Assembly: GCA_964589315.1 (NCBI GenBank)
Contig: CAZPTH010000002.1
Coordinates: forward strand, 1,424 to 40,133
Length of the DNA: 38,710 bases
Reading direction: 5' to 3'
DNA from: an uncultured Thermodesulfobacteriota bacterium
GTDB lineage: Bacteria > Desulfobacterota > S145-22
Both the position numbers and the translations under genes were made by a program. The notes under the pieces were generated by a model that was not told the origin of the DNA, searched no databases, and saw only the letters and a program-made list of their open reading frames with translations. Position 1 is the first letter of the stretch. Every line of letters begins with the position of its first letter. This document shows, piece by piece, positions 23,706 to 34,322 of this stretch.

Positions 23706-24887
23706 ATGCGCTACAAGATATTAGATAAGTATTTCTTTATCGAAACCCTCCCCCCCTACGGAATCGGGCTCATCGCCTTTACCTTCCTCCTTTTCATGGG
23801 GCGTATCTACCACCTGATGAAACTGGTGGTTTACGAGGGAACCCCGCTGAGTTTTGTCCTCAAGTTCCTCATTTACCTGATCCCTTCATTCCTCATCTTT
23901 ACCATTCCTATTGGCCTCCTCCTCGCCATTCTCGTCTCTCTCGGGCGCCTTTCTTCCGACTCGGAGATCATCGCCCTGAAGAGCTCCGGGGTCAGCATCT
24001 TCCAGATTCTGAGACCCTATGCCTTCCTAGCGATCCTCTCCTTTTTCCTTGTCAACCTGATCGTATTAAAGGGGCTCCCCTGGGGAACCAGAAAGATTAA
24101 GGGACTGATTATCCAGATGATCCAGGAGACCTCCTATTTCCAGGTCGCGGAACGGGCCTTTACACAGGTAGGAAACCACCTCCTGTTCTACGTGGAAAGC
24201 TATGACCCGGAGACCCAGAAGCTCAAGAACATCTTCATCCAGGACAGCCGTGATCCCAAGCGTGAAATCACGATTGTGGCCCCGGAAGGACAGATCCTCA
24301 AGGACGTCAAGAGCCACCTCATGGTTATCCGCCTGATGAACGGGGACATCCATCAGATGTTTTCCCTGAAGGAATCCTATCAGAAACTCCACTTTACCAC
24401 CTACGACTTCAGGGTGGATCTCGCGAAAAAGCTCAAGGGCAGGGGACTCATGCGCGTAAAGGCGAGAGACCTCTCCGTCAGTGCCTTGCGGGAACGCATT
24501 AAAAAAAGGCGGAAGAAGGGGGAGGATATTTCCCATGAAGAAATTGAATTACATAAGAAATTCGCCCTTCCCTTCACCTGCCTGATCTTTACCCTCATCG
24601 GGGTACCTCTGGGGATCCAGCCGAAACGTTCCAAGCGCTCCGCGGGGCTTCTCATCTGCCTGTTTGTGGTCTTTGCCTATTACGGCCTGACTATTCTCTT
24701 CGATGTTATGGGAAACAACAAGACCCTGTCCCCCTTCTGGGCGGTCTGGTTACCGAACATCATCGTCGCCCTCGTCGGCTTTTACCTCATCTGGATCAGC
24801 TACCTGGAACGGACACCCAGGGTCTTTGAATACCTTGGCTCGCAATGGATCAGGTTCAAACTCTGGCTGCAGGAAAAGCGATCATGA
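23706..24887 (+). CDS. lptF: LPS export ABC transporter permease, LptF-like (YjgP/YjgQ family)
   Basis: 393-aa ORF starting MRYKILDKYFFIE.., with 3 + 3 TM helices flanking a periplasmic beta-jellyroll-sized insert. It is followed by a paralog with an ATGA overlap. Confidence 0.8.
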   Translation: MRYKILDKYFFIETLPPYGIGLIAFTFLLFMGRIYHLMKLVVYEGTPLSFVLKFLIYLIPSFLIFTIPIGLLLAILVSLGRLSSDSEIIALKSSGVSIFQILRPYAFLAILSFFLVNLIVLKGLPWGTRKIKGLIIQMIQETSYFQVAERAFTQVGNHLLFYVESYDPETQKLKNIFIQDSRDPKREITIVAPEGQILKDVKSHLMVIRLMNGDIHQMFSLKESYQKLHFTTYDFRVDLAKKLKGRGLMRVKARDLSVSALRERIKKRRKKGEDISHEEIELHKKFALPFTCLIFTLIGVPLGIQPKRSKRSAGLLICLFVVFAYYGLTILFDVMGNNKTLSPFWAVWLPNIIVALVGFYLIWISYLERTPRVFEYLGSQWIRFKLWLQEKRS

Positions 24888-25975
24888 TAAAAATCCTCGA
24901 CCGCTACATCGGTATGGAGTTTTTGAAACATCTCCTCTTCATCACCCTCGTGTTCGTGGGCTTTTTCGCCATCGCCCATTTCTTCGACCACGCGGACACG
25001 TTCGTCAAACACCACGCGTCTCCCATCCTCGTCCTAACCTACTACGCCCTGTCCCTTCCGGGATACTTCTATCAGACCTCCCTGTTCGCCATCCTCTTCG
25101 CCACGCTCATCACCTATACCATCCTCTCGAAGAACCAGGAAATTATGGCCATGCGGGTCCACGGCATCAGCCTTTGGGCCACCGTCCGGCCTATTCTGAT
25201 CCTGTCTATCTTCTTAAGCGCCTTCATCTTCATCGACGGGGAGTTCGTGGCCCCCGTTACCCAGAAAAAGACGGCCTACATCTACACCTCGAAGATAAAA
25301 AAGGAGAAAAAGAGCGAGATTTTCTACGGGACCAAGAAATGGTTACGGTGGAACGACAAGATTTACAACTTTCGGAAGATCGAAGAATCCGGCAGGAAAA
25401 TCGACGGAATCACCATCTTCATCATGGACGAAAATTTCCACGTCGCACAGCGCATTGACGCGCAGAGCGCCGTCCAGAGGTCTCCGGACAAATGGCTCCT
25501 GACCCAAGTCATGTGGCGGACCTTTGAGAAGGGGAAACCCATTGTGACCTTCAAATATCCCAAGCGGATCTTCCAGTTCCCCAGGCTTTCCAAGATCTCG
25601 AAGGAGGCCGAGAAGCAGTCGAAGCAGATGAGTTTCACCCAGCTCAAGGATTTCATCGAAACCCATAAATCTTCCATTGACGAACGAGCCTTAAACCGTT
25701 ATTACGTCGACCTTCACGCCAAGGCAGCCTATCCCTTCGGCGGCATCATCATGGTCCTGGTAGCGATTCCCTTTGCCCTCAAGATGGGGAGACAGGGAGG
25801 AATCAGCGCCGGCATCGGGTTCTCCATCGGGCTCGGTATTATCTACATCATCCTGTCGTCCCTCTTCAATTCCCTGGGTTACGCGGGACTCCTGAATGCC
25901 TTCCTGGCCGCCTGGGCCGTCAACATCATCTTCTTCCTCGGGGGATGCCTGGCGTACCTGAGTCTCCCCCAGTAG
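24884..25975 (+). CDS. lptG: LPS export ABC transporter permease, LptG-like (YjgP/YjgQ family)
   Basis: ORF track 24845..25975, trimmed to the ATG at 24884 (MIKILDRYIGMEFLKHL...), which overlaps the lptF stop as ATGA. The topology matches the upstream paralog. Confidence 0.8.
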   Translation: MIKILDRYIGMEFLKHLLFITLVFVGFFAIAHFFDHADTFVKHHASPILVLTYYALSLPGYFYQTSLFAILFATLITYTILSKNQEIMAMRVHGISLWATVRPILILSIFLSAFIFIDGEFVAPVTQKKTAYIYTSKIKKEKKSEIFYGTKKWLRWNDKIYNFRKIEESGRKIDGITIFIMDENFHVAQRIDAQSAVQRSPDKWLLTQVMWRTFEKGKPIVTFKYPKRIFQFPRLSKISKEAEKQSKQMSFTQLKDFIETHKSSIDERALNRYYVDLHAKAAYPFGGIIMVLVAIPFALKMGRQGGISAGIGFSIGLGIIYIILSSLFNSLGYAGLLNAFLAAWAVNIIFFLGGCLAYLSLPQ

Positions 25976-25992
25976 AACGAGAGAGGAAACCT

Positions 25993-26406
25993 ATGGCTTC
26001 GTATCTGTACACCATCTGTTACGGCGACACGGACGCAGGGGGAGTTGTTTACTTCGCCAACTATCTCCGGCTCTGTGAACGTTCCTGGTTCAATTACCTG
26101 AAGGAAAGGGGATGGGATCTCTCCAGAGAGGAGCAAAACGGCATCTATCTCACCGTCAAAAAGGTGGAGGCCAGCTACCTCTCCCCGGCGCGTTACGGAA
26201 TGACCCTCGAAATCCAGACCACGATCGCCTCCCTGGGCCGGGCGAATTTCTGGTTTCTTCATAATATGATTGACCACGACACGCAGGTTCCCATCGCCCT
26301 CGTGAAAAACCAGATGGTCGCCGTGGACACCAGCGGCAAACTGAAACGGCTGTCCGGGCGCCTCCATCAAATCCTCTTAAAGGCCTATGAAGAAGAAAAC
26401 CGTTAA
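25993..26406 (+). CDS. Acyl-CoA thioesterase, 4HBT/YbgC hot-dog family
   Basis: ORF track 25945..26406, trimmed to the ATG at 25993 with a GAGAGAGG SD. The motif YGDTDAGGVVYFANY contains the family catalytic Asp. Confidence 0.8.
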   Translation: MASYLYTICYGDTDAGGVVYFANYLRLCERSWFNYLKERGWDLSREEQNGIYLTVKKVEASYLSPARYGMTLEIQTTIASLGRANFWFLHNMIDHDTQVPIALVKNQMVAVDTSGKLKRLSGRLHQILLKAYEEENR

Positions 26407-26454
26407 AGGCGGTCCCCATCGGATCACCGACTTCGATTTTCCCCGCGAAAGAGA

Positions 26455-26483
26455 TTGACAACGCGGGGCGGGATGGGTATTAA
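26455..26483 (+). promoter_or_regulatory. Candidate sigma70-type promoter (TTGACA-N17-TATTAA)
   Basis: TTGACA at 26455..26460, a 17-nt spacer, then TATTAA at 26478..26483. It lies upstream of the KAS III gene. Confidence 0.4.
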
Positions 26484-26531
26484 CACCTTGACTCGTGTTA
26501 AATGAATTAAATGAATGACTGAAGAAAGGAG

Positions 26532-27635
26532 ATGCATCCTCGCGTGGGCAGTAACAGATCAACCGTCATTATAGGCACAGGGTGCTACATTCCTGAAAGG
26601 GTAATCAAAAATACCGATTTCCTCAACCATACCTTCTACGATCTGGACGGCACAAAGATAGATAAAACCCCCGAGGAAATCGTCGAGAAGTTCGAGGAAA
26701 TCACGGGGATCAAGGAGAGACGATACGTCACCGATAACCTCCTGACCTCCGATATCGCATTCTTTGCCGCCGAACAGGCACTCGAATCCTCGAAGATCGA
26801 CCGGGAAAGCCTCGACTACATTATCTGCGCGCACAACTTCGGCGATGTCCGTCCCGATATCAAGCGGGTCGACCTGGTCCCGAGCATCGCGGCAAGGGTC
26901 AAGAACAAACTCCGAATCGAAAACCCGAAAACCGTGGCCTACGACCTCCCGTTCGGCTGTCCCGGCTGGCTCGAAGGGATGATTCACGCGGACGCCTTCA
27001 TCAGGGCCGGCATCGCGAAACGGGTCATGATCATTGGCGCGGAAACCCTCTCCCGGGTCACGGACCTCCATGACCGGGATACCATGATCTTTGCCGATGG
27101 CGCCGGTGCCACCATCGTGGAGGGCCAGGAAACGGGGGGCAAAAGGGGCATCATCTCCCACTCCACCCGCTCGGACACCTACAATCACTGTCATCTGCTG
27201 ACCATGGGGAAGTCCCACAACCCGGAATACACCGGGAACGAGCTCTTCATGAAAATGCACGGGCACCAGCTCTATAAATACGCCTTGAAGGTCGTCCCCA
27301 CCCTTATCAAGGAAAGCATCGAAAAGGCGGGACTGACCATTGAAGATATCGACAGTGTCCTCCTCCATCAGGCCAACGAGAAGATGGACGTTGAAATTCT
27401 CAAGCGCCTTTTCCGCCTCTATGGAATTCGCCGTCCCGACCCGGAACTCATCAGCCGGATCATGCCCATGAGCATCTCCTGGCTTGGAAACAGCTCTGTG
27501 GCCACTGTTCCAACACTGATCGACCTGATCATGAAGCACAAAATGGTGGATTACTCCCTATCGGAGGGAGATACCGCCGTCCTGGCGTCTGTCGGAGCGG
27601 GCATGAACGCCAACGCCATTGTCTACAGGTTTTAG
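26532..27635 (+). CDS. 3-oxoacyl-ACP synthase III (FabH-like/KAS III) family condensing enzyme
   Basis: 367-aa ORF with a Cys-His-Asn triad context: FGCPGW, LLHQANEKM, LGNSSVAT. The start is uncertain: ATG at 26532 abuts the SD, and GTG at 26544 is an alternative. Confidence 0.85.
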   Translation: MHPRVGSNRSTVIIGTGCYIPERVIKNTDFLNHTFYDLDGTKIDKTPEEIVEKFEEITGIKERRYVTDNLLTSDIAFFAAEQALESSKIDRESLDYIICAHNFGDVRPDIKRVDLVPSIAARVKNKLRIENPKTVAYDLPFGCPGWLEGMIHADAFIRAGIAKRVMIIGAETLSRVTDLHDRDTMIFADGAGATIVEGQETGGKRGIISHSTRSDTYNHCHLLTMGKSHNPEYTGNELFMKMHGHQLYKYALKVVPTLIKESIEKAGLTIEDIDSVLLHQANEKMDVEILKRLFRLYGIRRPDPELISRIMPMSISWLGNSSVATVPTLIDLIMKHKMVDYSLSEGDTAVLASVGAGMNANAIVYRF

Positions 27636-27662
27636 GAAAATTTGATTTTAAGCTGAACACCC

Positions 27663-27693
27663 AAAAGGCCTCCCATGACGGGAGGCCTTTTTT
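27663..27693. terminator. Bidirectional rho-independent terminator between the KAS III gene and gatA
   Basis: AAAA-GGCCTCCC (27667..27674), loop ATGAC, GGGAGGCC (27680..27687), then TTTTTT. A- and T-tracts on both sides let it work on either strand. Confidence 0.65.
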
Positions 27694-29165
27694 CAAGCCT
27701 TCCCAACGATCTCCGGGTAACGGTCCGCGAACGGAAAAAGGGCCTCGTATCCCCGGGCGGCCCGCAACATCGTCCGTTCCCCGAAAAGGCTGCCAATAAA
27801 CTGCAGCCCGACGGGCAAGTTCTCCTTAGTTAAACCGCACGGAATGGAAATCCCCGGCAATCCCGCCAGGTTCACCGAGATGGTGAAGATATCCGAGAGA
27901 TACATCTGGAGGGGGTCCTCCGTCTTCTCGCCGATCTTGAAGGCCGGGGTCGGGGCCGTGGGAGTGACGATCACGTCGCACGCCTCGAAGGCCTTCGTAA
28001 AGTCTTCCCGGATCAGGGTACGCACCTGCTGTCCCTTGCGGTAGTAGGCGTCGTAGTATCCCGCCGACAGGACATAGGTTCCCAGCATGATTCTACGTTT
28101 GACCTCGGTCCCGAATCCCCCGGAACGGGTCTTTTCATACATTTCCCGCAGGCCCTTGGCCGAGGTGTCCCGGTAACCATACCGGACGCCATCGTATCGG
28201 GCCAGGTTGGAGCTCGCCTCGGCGGTGGCGATGATGTAATAGGTGGCAACGGCGTATTCCGTGTGGGGCAACGAGATCTCCACGACCTTCGCCCCCGCCC
28301 CCTTCATGGCCTCGATGGCCTTTCGAACGTGGGCCTCCACCTCCGGGTCGATCCCCTCAATGAAATATTCCTCCGGAATCCCTATCCTCAACCCTTCAAG
28401 TCCCTTGTCAAGTTCCTCCGTGTAATCCGGAAAATCACGGGGCACCGAGGTGGAATCCCTCGGGTCATGCCCAGCGAGGGTATTGAGCAGCAGAGCCGCG
28501 TCTCCAACACTTCGCGTCATGGGCCCAATCTGGTCCAGGGAAGAGGCAAAGGCCACCAGGCCGAAACGGGACACGGTTCCGTAGGTTGGTTTCATCCCCA
28601 CGATCCCGCAGAGGGAGGCCGGCTGGCGGATGGACCCTCCCGTATCCGTTCCCAGGGCGGCGGCACACAGGGCGGCGGCCACGGCCGCGGCGGACCCGCC
28701 GCTGGATCCTCCCGGAATCCGTTCCAGGTCCCATGGGTTGCGCGTGACCTGGAAACGGGAATTTTCCGTGGAGGACCCCATGGCAAACTCGTCCATATTG
28801 AGCTTCCCAAGGATAACGATATGCTCCCGCCTGAGTTTTTCTATGACGGTGGCGGAATAGGGGGGGACGTAATTCTCGAGGATCTTCGACCCGCAGGTCG
28901 TGGGAACCCCTTCGATACAGAGGACGTCCTTGATCCCCATGGGGATCCCCGTCAGGGGAGTGGCTTCACCCCGCCGGATAACCTCGTCGGCCTCCCGGGC
29001 GTCTCTCAACGCCGCTTCTTCGTCCACGTGGAGATAGGCCTTAACCTCGTCGTCAAGGCGGCTGATTCGATCCAGGTATTGCCGGGTGATCTCGACAGAG
29101 CTCACCTCTTTTTTTCTCAACGCCTCAGAAAGGTCTTTAATGGTATGATATTCAGGATACGACAT
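27693..29165 (-). CDS. gatA: Asp-tRNA(Asn)/Glu-tRNA(Gln) amidotransferase subunit A
   Basis: 490-aa ORF with the amidase signature [12 protein letters not shown] and [13 protein letters not shown]. An AAGGAG SD is present and the gene lies downstream of gatC. Confidence 0.95.
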   Translation of the reverse strand: MSYPEYHTIKDLSEALRKKEVSSVEITRQYLDRISRLDDEVKAYLHVDEEAALRDAREADEVIRRGEATPLTGIPMGIKDVLCIEGVPTTCGSKILENYVPPYSATVIEKLRREHIVILGKLNMDEFAMGSSTENSRFQVTRNPWDLERIPGGSSGGSAAAVAAALCAAALGTDTGGSIRQPASLCGIVGMKPTYGTVSRFGLVAFASSLDQIGPMTRSVGDAALLLNTLAGHDPRDSTSVPRDFPDYTEELDKGLEGLRIGIPEEYFIEGIDPEVEAHVRKAIEAMKGAGAKVVEISLPHTEYAVATYYIIATAEASSNLARYDGVRYGYRDTSAKGLREMYEKTRSGGFGTEVKRRIMLGTYVLSAGYYDAYYRKGQQVRTLIREDFTKAFEACDVIVTPTAPTPAFKIGEKTEDPLQMYLSDIFTISVNLAGLPGISIPCGLTKENLPVGLQFIGSLFGERTMLRAARGYEALFPFADRYPEIVGKA

Positions 29166-29235
29166 GAAATCTCCTTGACGGCTTCGTAAAAAGTTACTTT
29201 GCCTTTTATCCCTGAGTTTTTACGGGGCCACCCTC

Positions 29236-29538
29236 CTACGTGGAAGAAATCCCTTCCGAAATAGGGGGAACCTTGAAAAAGGATTCAACCCTCTCCGGCG
29301 CGTTATCCAGGATCTTTTCACGGTCATCGAAGGGGGTCAGGACATCTTCACGGAACGCGTTCGTTATGTCGATGGCGTGGGAAGTGGGTTCGACCCCCTC
29401 CGTGTTCAGCGTCCCCAGCTTCTCCACATATCCAAGAATGGCGTTCAGGTCCTTTTCGAGCCTGCCCTTTTCCTCTTCACTGAGGGAGAGGCGCGCCAGC
29501 GCCGCGATATGTTCGACCTCTTTCCGTCCTATGGCCAT
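29236..29538 (-). CDS. gatC: Asp-tRNA(Asn)/Glu-tRNA(Gln) amidotransferase subunit C
   Basis: MAIGRKEVEHIAALARLSLSEEEKGRLEKDLNAILGYVEKL is the conserved GatC N-terminus. ATG at 29538 lies 6 nt after an AAGGGG SD; the ORF-track start at 29544 is a TTG within the spacer. Confidence 0.9.
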   Translation of the reverse strand: MAIGRKEVEHIAALARLSLSEEEKGRLEKDLNAILGYVEKLGTLNTEGVEPTSHAIDITNAFREDVLTPFDDREKILDNAPERVESFFKVPPISEGISST

Positions 29539-29658
29539 GTTCAACCCCTTTTCACAGGAAAAATTTTTTTAATCAATCCGCCTTACAGCATCATCCGTTC
29601 CTATCACACACCTCGCAATGGGGTCAATAGAACCCGTTTTCTCAGACGATCCCGGCCC

Positions 29659-30063
29659 TTACGCCTCCGCCAAGGCCTTGATGATATCCCAGCGGGTCAC
29701 GATGCCGACGATCCGGTCTCGATCCACCACGGGCAGGCGATTGATGCGATGTTCCACCATCAGCCTCGCCGCCTCGTCCACGGGGGTGGCGGGGGAACAG
29801 GAAATGACCTCCCTCGTCATGATCTCCCTGACCGGGGTGGCAAACTTCTTCTTCAGGGTCTCCGGGGCCTCCTTGCAGATCTCCTCGGGCGGCGGGAGGA
29901 AATTGTAGATGTCATGATAGGTAATCATTCCCACGGGACGTTTCTTCTCGGCCACGGGCATTCCCGAGATTTTGAAGAGCTTGAACTTGTTGATGATGAC
30001 CGAGATGGGTTCATCGGGGTGGCAGGTAGTTACGGAGCGGTTCATGATCTCGTGGACCTTCAT
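29659..30063 (-). CDS. Stand-alone tandem-CBS (Bateman) domain protein
   Basis: 134-aa ORF with two CBS repeats (VHEIMNRSVTTCHPDEPIS...GMPV and VREIMTREVISCSPATPVDEAARLMVEHRINRLPVV). Its start overlaps the upstream gene stop by 4 nt. Confidence 0.85.
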   Translation of the reverse strand: MKVHEIMNRSVTTCHPDEPISVIINKFKLFKISGMPVAEKKRPVGMITYHDIYNFLPPPEEICKEAPETLKKKFATPVREIMTREVISCSPATPVDEAARLMVEHRINRLPVVDRDRIVGIVTRWDIIKALAEA

Positions 30064-31481
30064 ACGGTGCCTCCAAAAAAGCTTCGATTGATTTGATCCT
30101 GCAGGGCCTCCACGGCACTCAGCGATTTCCTCAGGAGCTCCTGGCCTTCCTCGTCAAGCCAAGAGGGGTTGATGGCGTTACTCTTGGGCAGGCCCATCGC
30201 CAGGCGGTTGATCTGATAGAGGGCCCGGAAAGACATGAGATGATAATAGGCATCCTTCAGCCCTTCGACAATCTTCGGATCCAGCAGGCGGTGGGCCTCG
30301 AGGACCTCGAGCCTTTCCAGCGTGTGTGTCTTTTCCATCAGTCGGTTCTTGACGCACAGAACCCGGATGAGGATCGTCAGGGGGGCCCATCCGTTGAGCT
30401 TCAGGTCGAGGGTCCCCTTGTCCGGCTCGGTCCGCCTGACCTTGAGGCGTTTGAACAGGCCCAGGGCGATGGGCATCAGGATGGCGGAGTGGGCAATCTG
30501 ATTCAGGATATCGGGGTTCTGGGGAAGATAATTTCGAAGAAGCTCTATAAACTTCTCCGCCAGGGCGGTGTCCCCGGCCACGAAGCGGCAGTCCATCAGG
30601 ATGTTCATGTCGAGGATGGAGAGTTCCCCCGCCCCGTATTTGACCTTGCCGATCAGCCGGCGCTCCCAGCGGGACAGGGTCCCCCGCCACTTGTCATACG
30701 CCGGCATGATGTGTCCCTTGCAGCGGTCAATCCCCGCGGCATCGAGGAAATCCCCCATCTTCTCGCAGAACCGCCAGAAATAACGCCCGACCAGGTCGAT
30801 CTTATCCACGTCCGCCGACGTCTCCCCCTGATCAAACCGAAGCAACCTGTTCAGGAGGGGGGCCGTGAGGCGTTCTCTCAGGGTCTTCTGGCTCTCCTCC
30901 GGGGCCTCGTAAACGAGAAGGTTGTCCTGGTCCGTGGCAAACAACTGCTCTCCGCGGCCGTCGCTTCCCAGGGCCATCCAGGCATAACGCGCGGGGACGG
31001 GCCCAAAGCCTTCCTCCACCATGGCTTCCTCCGCCCTGGCAAGGAGTCTCTCCGTGAGGCGTCCCCGAAAGCGGGTCAATCGATCCTGGAGACACAGAAC
31101 CGAGGCATCCGACAGGAACCCTTCCGCGGCCCAGCCCATGAAGTCCCGATGAACCTCAAGGATTTCGTCGAACCCCTTTCCGGCCTCTTCAATCCGGCCC
31201 AGGAAGGTCTCATGGTGGCTCTGGGCCTCGGTAACGCGGGACGTCTCTTCGCGAAGGCGGTCTTTCAGGGATTCGAGAAGGGTAAGCCGTTGCTCGGCGT
31301 CTATCCTCTGGGGGCGGTAACGGGCAGGAAAATCCCCAAGGACACGGGCGGAGAAATAGGCCGGATCCCTCAGGGGGATGAGACGCCTAAGGGCCTCCTC
31401 GAAGTTGGAGAACGCCCCGAAACGGGAAGGGATCCCCTCCGCGTTCGGGGTTTGGGATACATCTTTTCTGTCGTGGGCCAT
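30060..31481 (-). CDS. DUF294-type (GlnD-like) putative nucleotidyltransferase with a DUF294_C helical domain. It lacks the usual N-terminal cNMP/CBS sensor modules.
   Basis: 473-aa ORF with the Pol-beta NTase signature LGSDGRGEQLFATDQDNLLVY (GS-x10-DxD). The downstream helical region matches what I recall for the DUF294_C substrate-binding domain. The N-terminal ~150 aa are not recognisable. Confidence 0.7.
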   Translation of the reverse strand: MAHDRKDVSQTPNAEGIPSRFGAFSNFEEALRRLIPLRDPAYFSARVLGDFPARYRPQRIDAEQRLTLLESLKDRLREETSRVTEAQSHHETFLGRIEEAGKGFDEILEVHRDFMGWAAEGFLSDASVLCLQDRLTRFRGRLTERLLARAEEAMVEEGFGPVPARYAWMALGSDGRGEQLFATDQDNLLVYEAPEESQKTLRERLTAPLLNRLLRFDQGETSADVDKIDLVGRYFWRFCEKMGDFLDAAGIDRCKGHIMPAYDKWRGTLSRWERRLIGKVKYGAGELSILDMNILMDCRFVAGDTALAEKFIELLRNYLPQNPDILNQIAHSAILMPIALGLFKRLKVRRTEPDKGTLDLKLNGWAPLTILIRVLCVKNRLMEKTHTLERLEVLEAHRLLDPKIVEGLKDAYYHLMSFRALYQINRLAMGLPKSNAINPSWLDEEGQELLRKSLSAVEALQDQINRSFFGGTV

Positions 31482-31519
31482 TCGTCAGGGAATCCCCGGC
31501 CTTTGTGTAAAGGGGTCGC

Positions 31520-34174
31520 CTACGCCTCGATCTGCCGGAGCATCTCCTTGTTTCTCTCCAGCCGCTCCATGAGGGCCTTCAGGGTAGCCTGTTTCTCCTT
31601 CTCCTTCTCCACCACGTCCGCCGGGGCCTTTTCGAGGAAATTCCTGTTGGCCAGCTTCCGCTCGATCTGGGTCAGCTCCTTCTCGTGTTTGGCCAGCCGC
31701 TTCTCGATCCGCGCCAGTTCTCCCGCGATGTCCACGATTCCCAGGATGGGGACATAGATATCGAAGGCCTCGAAGATGGCCGTCGCAGAGCCTTTGGGGC
31801 GCTCGGCCCCTCTGGCAACTTCAAGGGATTCGAGCCGCGCCAGGTCCTTGATGGCCTCCGCATGGGCTTCCAGGACCGAGGCCACGGAATTCTCATGGAC
31901 ATTCACCACCGCGTCGAGAAGCCTGGAGGGGGGAATTTCCATCTCGCCCCGGATGTTCCGGATGCCGGTGACCGCCTGGATGACCAGTTCCATCTCTCCG
32001 GCGGCTGCCTTATCCACGAAGGTCTCCCGATAGGCGGGAAACGGGGCTTTCACAATGCTGAGTCCCTCATGGGGAATCCGCTGCCAGATCTCCTCCGTGA
32101 GATAGGGCATGAACGGATGGAGAATTCGCAGGGACTGGTCCAGGACGTAAAAGAGGGTCCGCCGCGTTTCATCCAGGGCCTCCGGGAGCCTGCGCCCGTA
32201 GAGGATCGGCTTGATCAGTTCCAGGTACCAGTCACAGAACCGATGCCAGAAGAACTGGTAGATCTCCCCCGCCGCCTCGTTGAAACGGTACTGGTCGATG
32301 GCCTCCGTCACGGATTTGATCGTCTCGTTCAGTTCGTGAAGGATCCACCGGTTGTAGCGGTGCGTGGCCGCTTCGGCCTGGGGGATTTCCCGGAAATCGG
32401 GACTGCTCTGGAAGATGAACCGGGCGGCGTTCCAGATCTTGTTCGCGAAGTTCCGGTAGCCCTCGATCCGGTCCTCGGACAGCAGGATGTCCCGCCCCTG
32501 GGCGGCGAAGGCCGCCAGGGTAAACCGGAAGGCGTCGGTCCCGAACTTGTCCATCATTACGAGGGGATCGATCACGTTCCCCTTCGATTTCGACATCTTC
32601 TGCCCGTGGGCGTCCCGCACCAGGGCGTGAATGTAGACATCATGGAAGGGGACATCCCCCATAAAGTGCAGCCCCATCATCATGCGCGCCACCCAGAAAA
32701 AGAGGATATCGAACCCCGTCACCAGGACGGAGGTGGGGTAGTAAACCTCCAGGTCCTTTGTCCGGTCCGGCCACCCCAGGGTGGAAAAGGGCCAGAGGGC
32801 CGAGCTGAACCACGTGTCCAGGACATCCGTCTCCTGCCAGAGATTGGAAGAGCCACATTTCGCGCAGGCCGTGACCTCTTCCCTTTCCACCGTGATGTGC
32901 CCGCAGTCCCGGCAGTACCACGCGGGGATGCGATGCCCCCACCAGATCTGGCGGGAGATGCACCAATCCCGGATGTTTTCCATCCAGTCGTAGTAGGTCT
33001 TCTCCCAGATGGGCGGGATGATCCGGGTGTCACCCTTACGCACCGCCTCGATGGCCTTTTCGGCCAGGGGCTTGATCTTCACGAACCACTGCTTGGAAAG
33101 GCTCGGCTCGATGACCGTCTTGCACCGGTAGCAGTGCCCCACCTGGTGGTCGTACGGTTCAATCTTGACGAGATAACCCTGGGCCTCCAGGTCCTTGACA
33201 ATCTTCTCCCGGCACGCGAACCGGTCGAGCCCCCGGTAGGCCTCCCCCGCGGCTTCGCTCATCATCCCCTCGTCATCGATGACCTTGATCATCTCCAGAT
33301 GGTGGGTCTGCCCCAGGAGGAAATCGTTCATGTCGTGGGCGGGGGTCACCTTCAGGGCGCCGGTGCCGAATTCCACGTCCACGTAGCGGTCGCCGATGAT
33401 GGGAATCTCCCGGTTCACGATGGGGAGGATGGCCATCTTGCCGATCAGGTGTTTGTATCGCTCATCCGAGGGGTTCACCGCCACGGCGGTGTCGCCCAGC
33501 ATGGTCTCGGGCCGGGTCGTGGCCACGATGACCTCGCCCCCGTCCTTGAGGGGATACCGGATGTGATAGAGATGCCCCTGGTGGGGTTCGTGCTCCACCT
33601 CCAGGTCCGAGAGGGCCGTGTGGCACCGGGGACACCAGTTGATGACATAATCGCCCCGGTAGATGAGTCCCTCGTGGTAGAGGCGGTAAAAGACCTCCTT
33701 GACCGCCCGGGAGAGGCCCTCGTCCATGGTGAACCGCTCCCGCGACCAGTCGCACGAGGCCCCCAGGCGCTTTAACTGGTGGATAATCGTCCCGCCGGAC
33801 TCCTCGCGCCACTTCCAGACCCGCTCGATGAACTTCTCGCGCCCCAGGTCGTGGCGGGTCTTCCCCTCTTCCGCCAGCTGGCGTTCCACGACATTCTGGG
33901 TGGCGATGCCCGCGTGATCCATGCCGGGGACCCACAGGGCGTTATAGCCCTGCATCCGCCTGGTTCGGATGAGGATGTCCTGCAGGGTGTTATTCAGGGC
34001 GTGGCCCATGTGGAGCGATCCCGTCACGTTGGGGGGAGGAATCACAATGGAATAAGGCGGCGCGTCACTCGTTTCGTCCGCCCGGAAAAGCTCGTGTTCC
34101 ATCCAGAAATCGTACCATTTCCCTTCAACCGCCTTCGGATTGTAGACCTTCTCTAAGACATTTTCCTCTTTCAT
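31520..34174 (-). CDS. valS: Valine--tRNA ligase
   Basis: ORF track 31520..34240, trimmed to the ATG at 34174 ([24 protein letters not shown]). It has the HIGH-type motif [12 protein letters not shown], the KMSKS motif, and a C-terminal coiled coil. Confidence 0.97.
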   Translation of the reverse strand: MKEENVLEKVYNPKAVEGKWYDFWMEHELFRADETSDAPPYSIVIPPPNVTGSLHMGHALNNTLQDILIRTRRMQGYNALWVPGMDHAGIATQNVVERQLAEEGKTRHDLGREKFIERVWKWREESGGTIIHQLKRLGASCDWSRERFTMDEGLSRAVKEVFYRLYHEGLIYRGDYVINWCPRCHTALSDLEVEHEPHQGHLYHIRYPLKDGGEVIVATTRPETMLGDTAVAVNPSDERYKHLIGKMAILPIVNREIPIIGDRYVDVEFGTGALKVTPAHDMNDFLLGQTHHLEMIKVIDDEGMMSEAAGEAYRGLDRFACREKIVKDLEAQGYLVKIEPYDHQVGHCYRCKTVIEPSLSKQWFVKIKPLAEKAIEAVRKGDTRIIPPIWEKTYYDWMENIRDWCISRQIWWGHRIPAWYCRDCGHITVEREEVTACAKCGSSNLWQETDVLDTWFSSALWPFSTLGWPDRTKDLEVYYPTSVLVTGFDILFFWVARMMMGLHFMGDVPFHDVYIHALVRDAHGQKMSKSKGNVIDPLVMMDKFGTDAFRFTLAAFAAQGRDILLSEDRIEGYRNFANKIWNAARFIFQSSPDFREIPQAEAATHRYNRWILHELNETIKSVTEAIDQYRFNEAAGEIYQFFWHRFCDWYLELIKPILYGRRLPEALDETRRTLFYVLDQSLRILHPFMPYLTEEIWQRIPHEGLSIVKAPFPAYRETFVDKAAAGEMELVIQAVTGIRNIRGEMEIPPSRLLDAVVNVHENSVASVLEAHAEAIKDLARLESLEVARGAERPKGSATAIFEAFDIYVPILGIVDIAGELARIEKRLAKHEKELTQIERKLANRNFLEKAPADVVEKEKEKQATLKALMERLERNKEMLRQIEA

Positions 34175-34211
34175 GTCGCCTGCCTTCACTTTTTTTAAAA
34201 AAATCGGGCGT

Positions 34212-34240
34212 AGTCTACCTTTGATGGGAAGGAAATGCAA
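34212..34240 (-). promoter_or_regulatory. Candidate sigma70-type promoter for valS (TTGCAT-N17-TAGACT on the minus strand)
   Basis: rc of 34235..34240 is TTGCAT and rc of 34212..34217 is TAGACT, with a 17-nt spacer. Confidence 0.35.
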
Positions 34241-34322
34241 GGGATTCCCCGCCCCCTCGCCGGGGCCCGAGCGGTTCCGGCCCTTACGGCAAGGGGGCCT
34301 ACGGGACTTGGGGGAAAAACGT

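Noticed and set aside
31685-33775. A 696-aa ORF on the plus strand, and similar long ORFs at 36205..37725, 18645..19886, 8535..9653, 1539..2762, 30093..31757 and 17018..18703.
   Set aside because: All lie antisense to, or out of frame with, genes that have unmistakable family motifs (valS, the FAD oxidoreductase, GT39, pstA/pstB, the acyl-CoA ligase, DUF294, the HK/NtrC pair). Their translations are low-complexity and rich in Arg, Pro and Gly. These are the typical shadow ORFs of GC-rich coding DNA.
34175-34322. A T-box or other leader upstream of valS, suggested by GC-rich hairpins at 34250..34320.
   Set aside because: There is no T-box consensus (AANNNGGGTGGTACCGCG-like). The hairpins sit directly after the stop of the upstream nitroreductase-like gene and before a TTGCAT-N17-TAGACT promoter, so they are more likely terminator or insulator structure.
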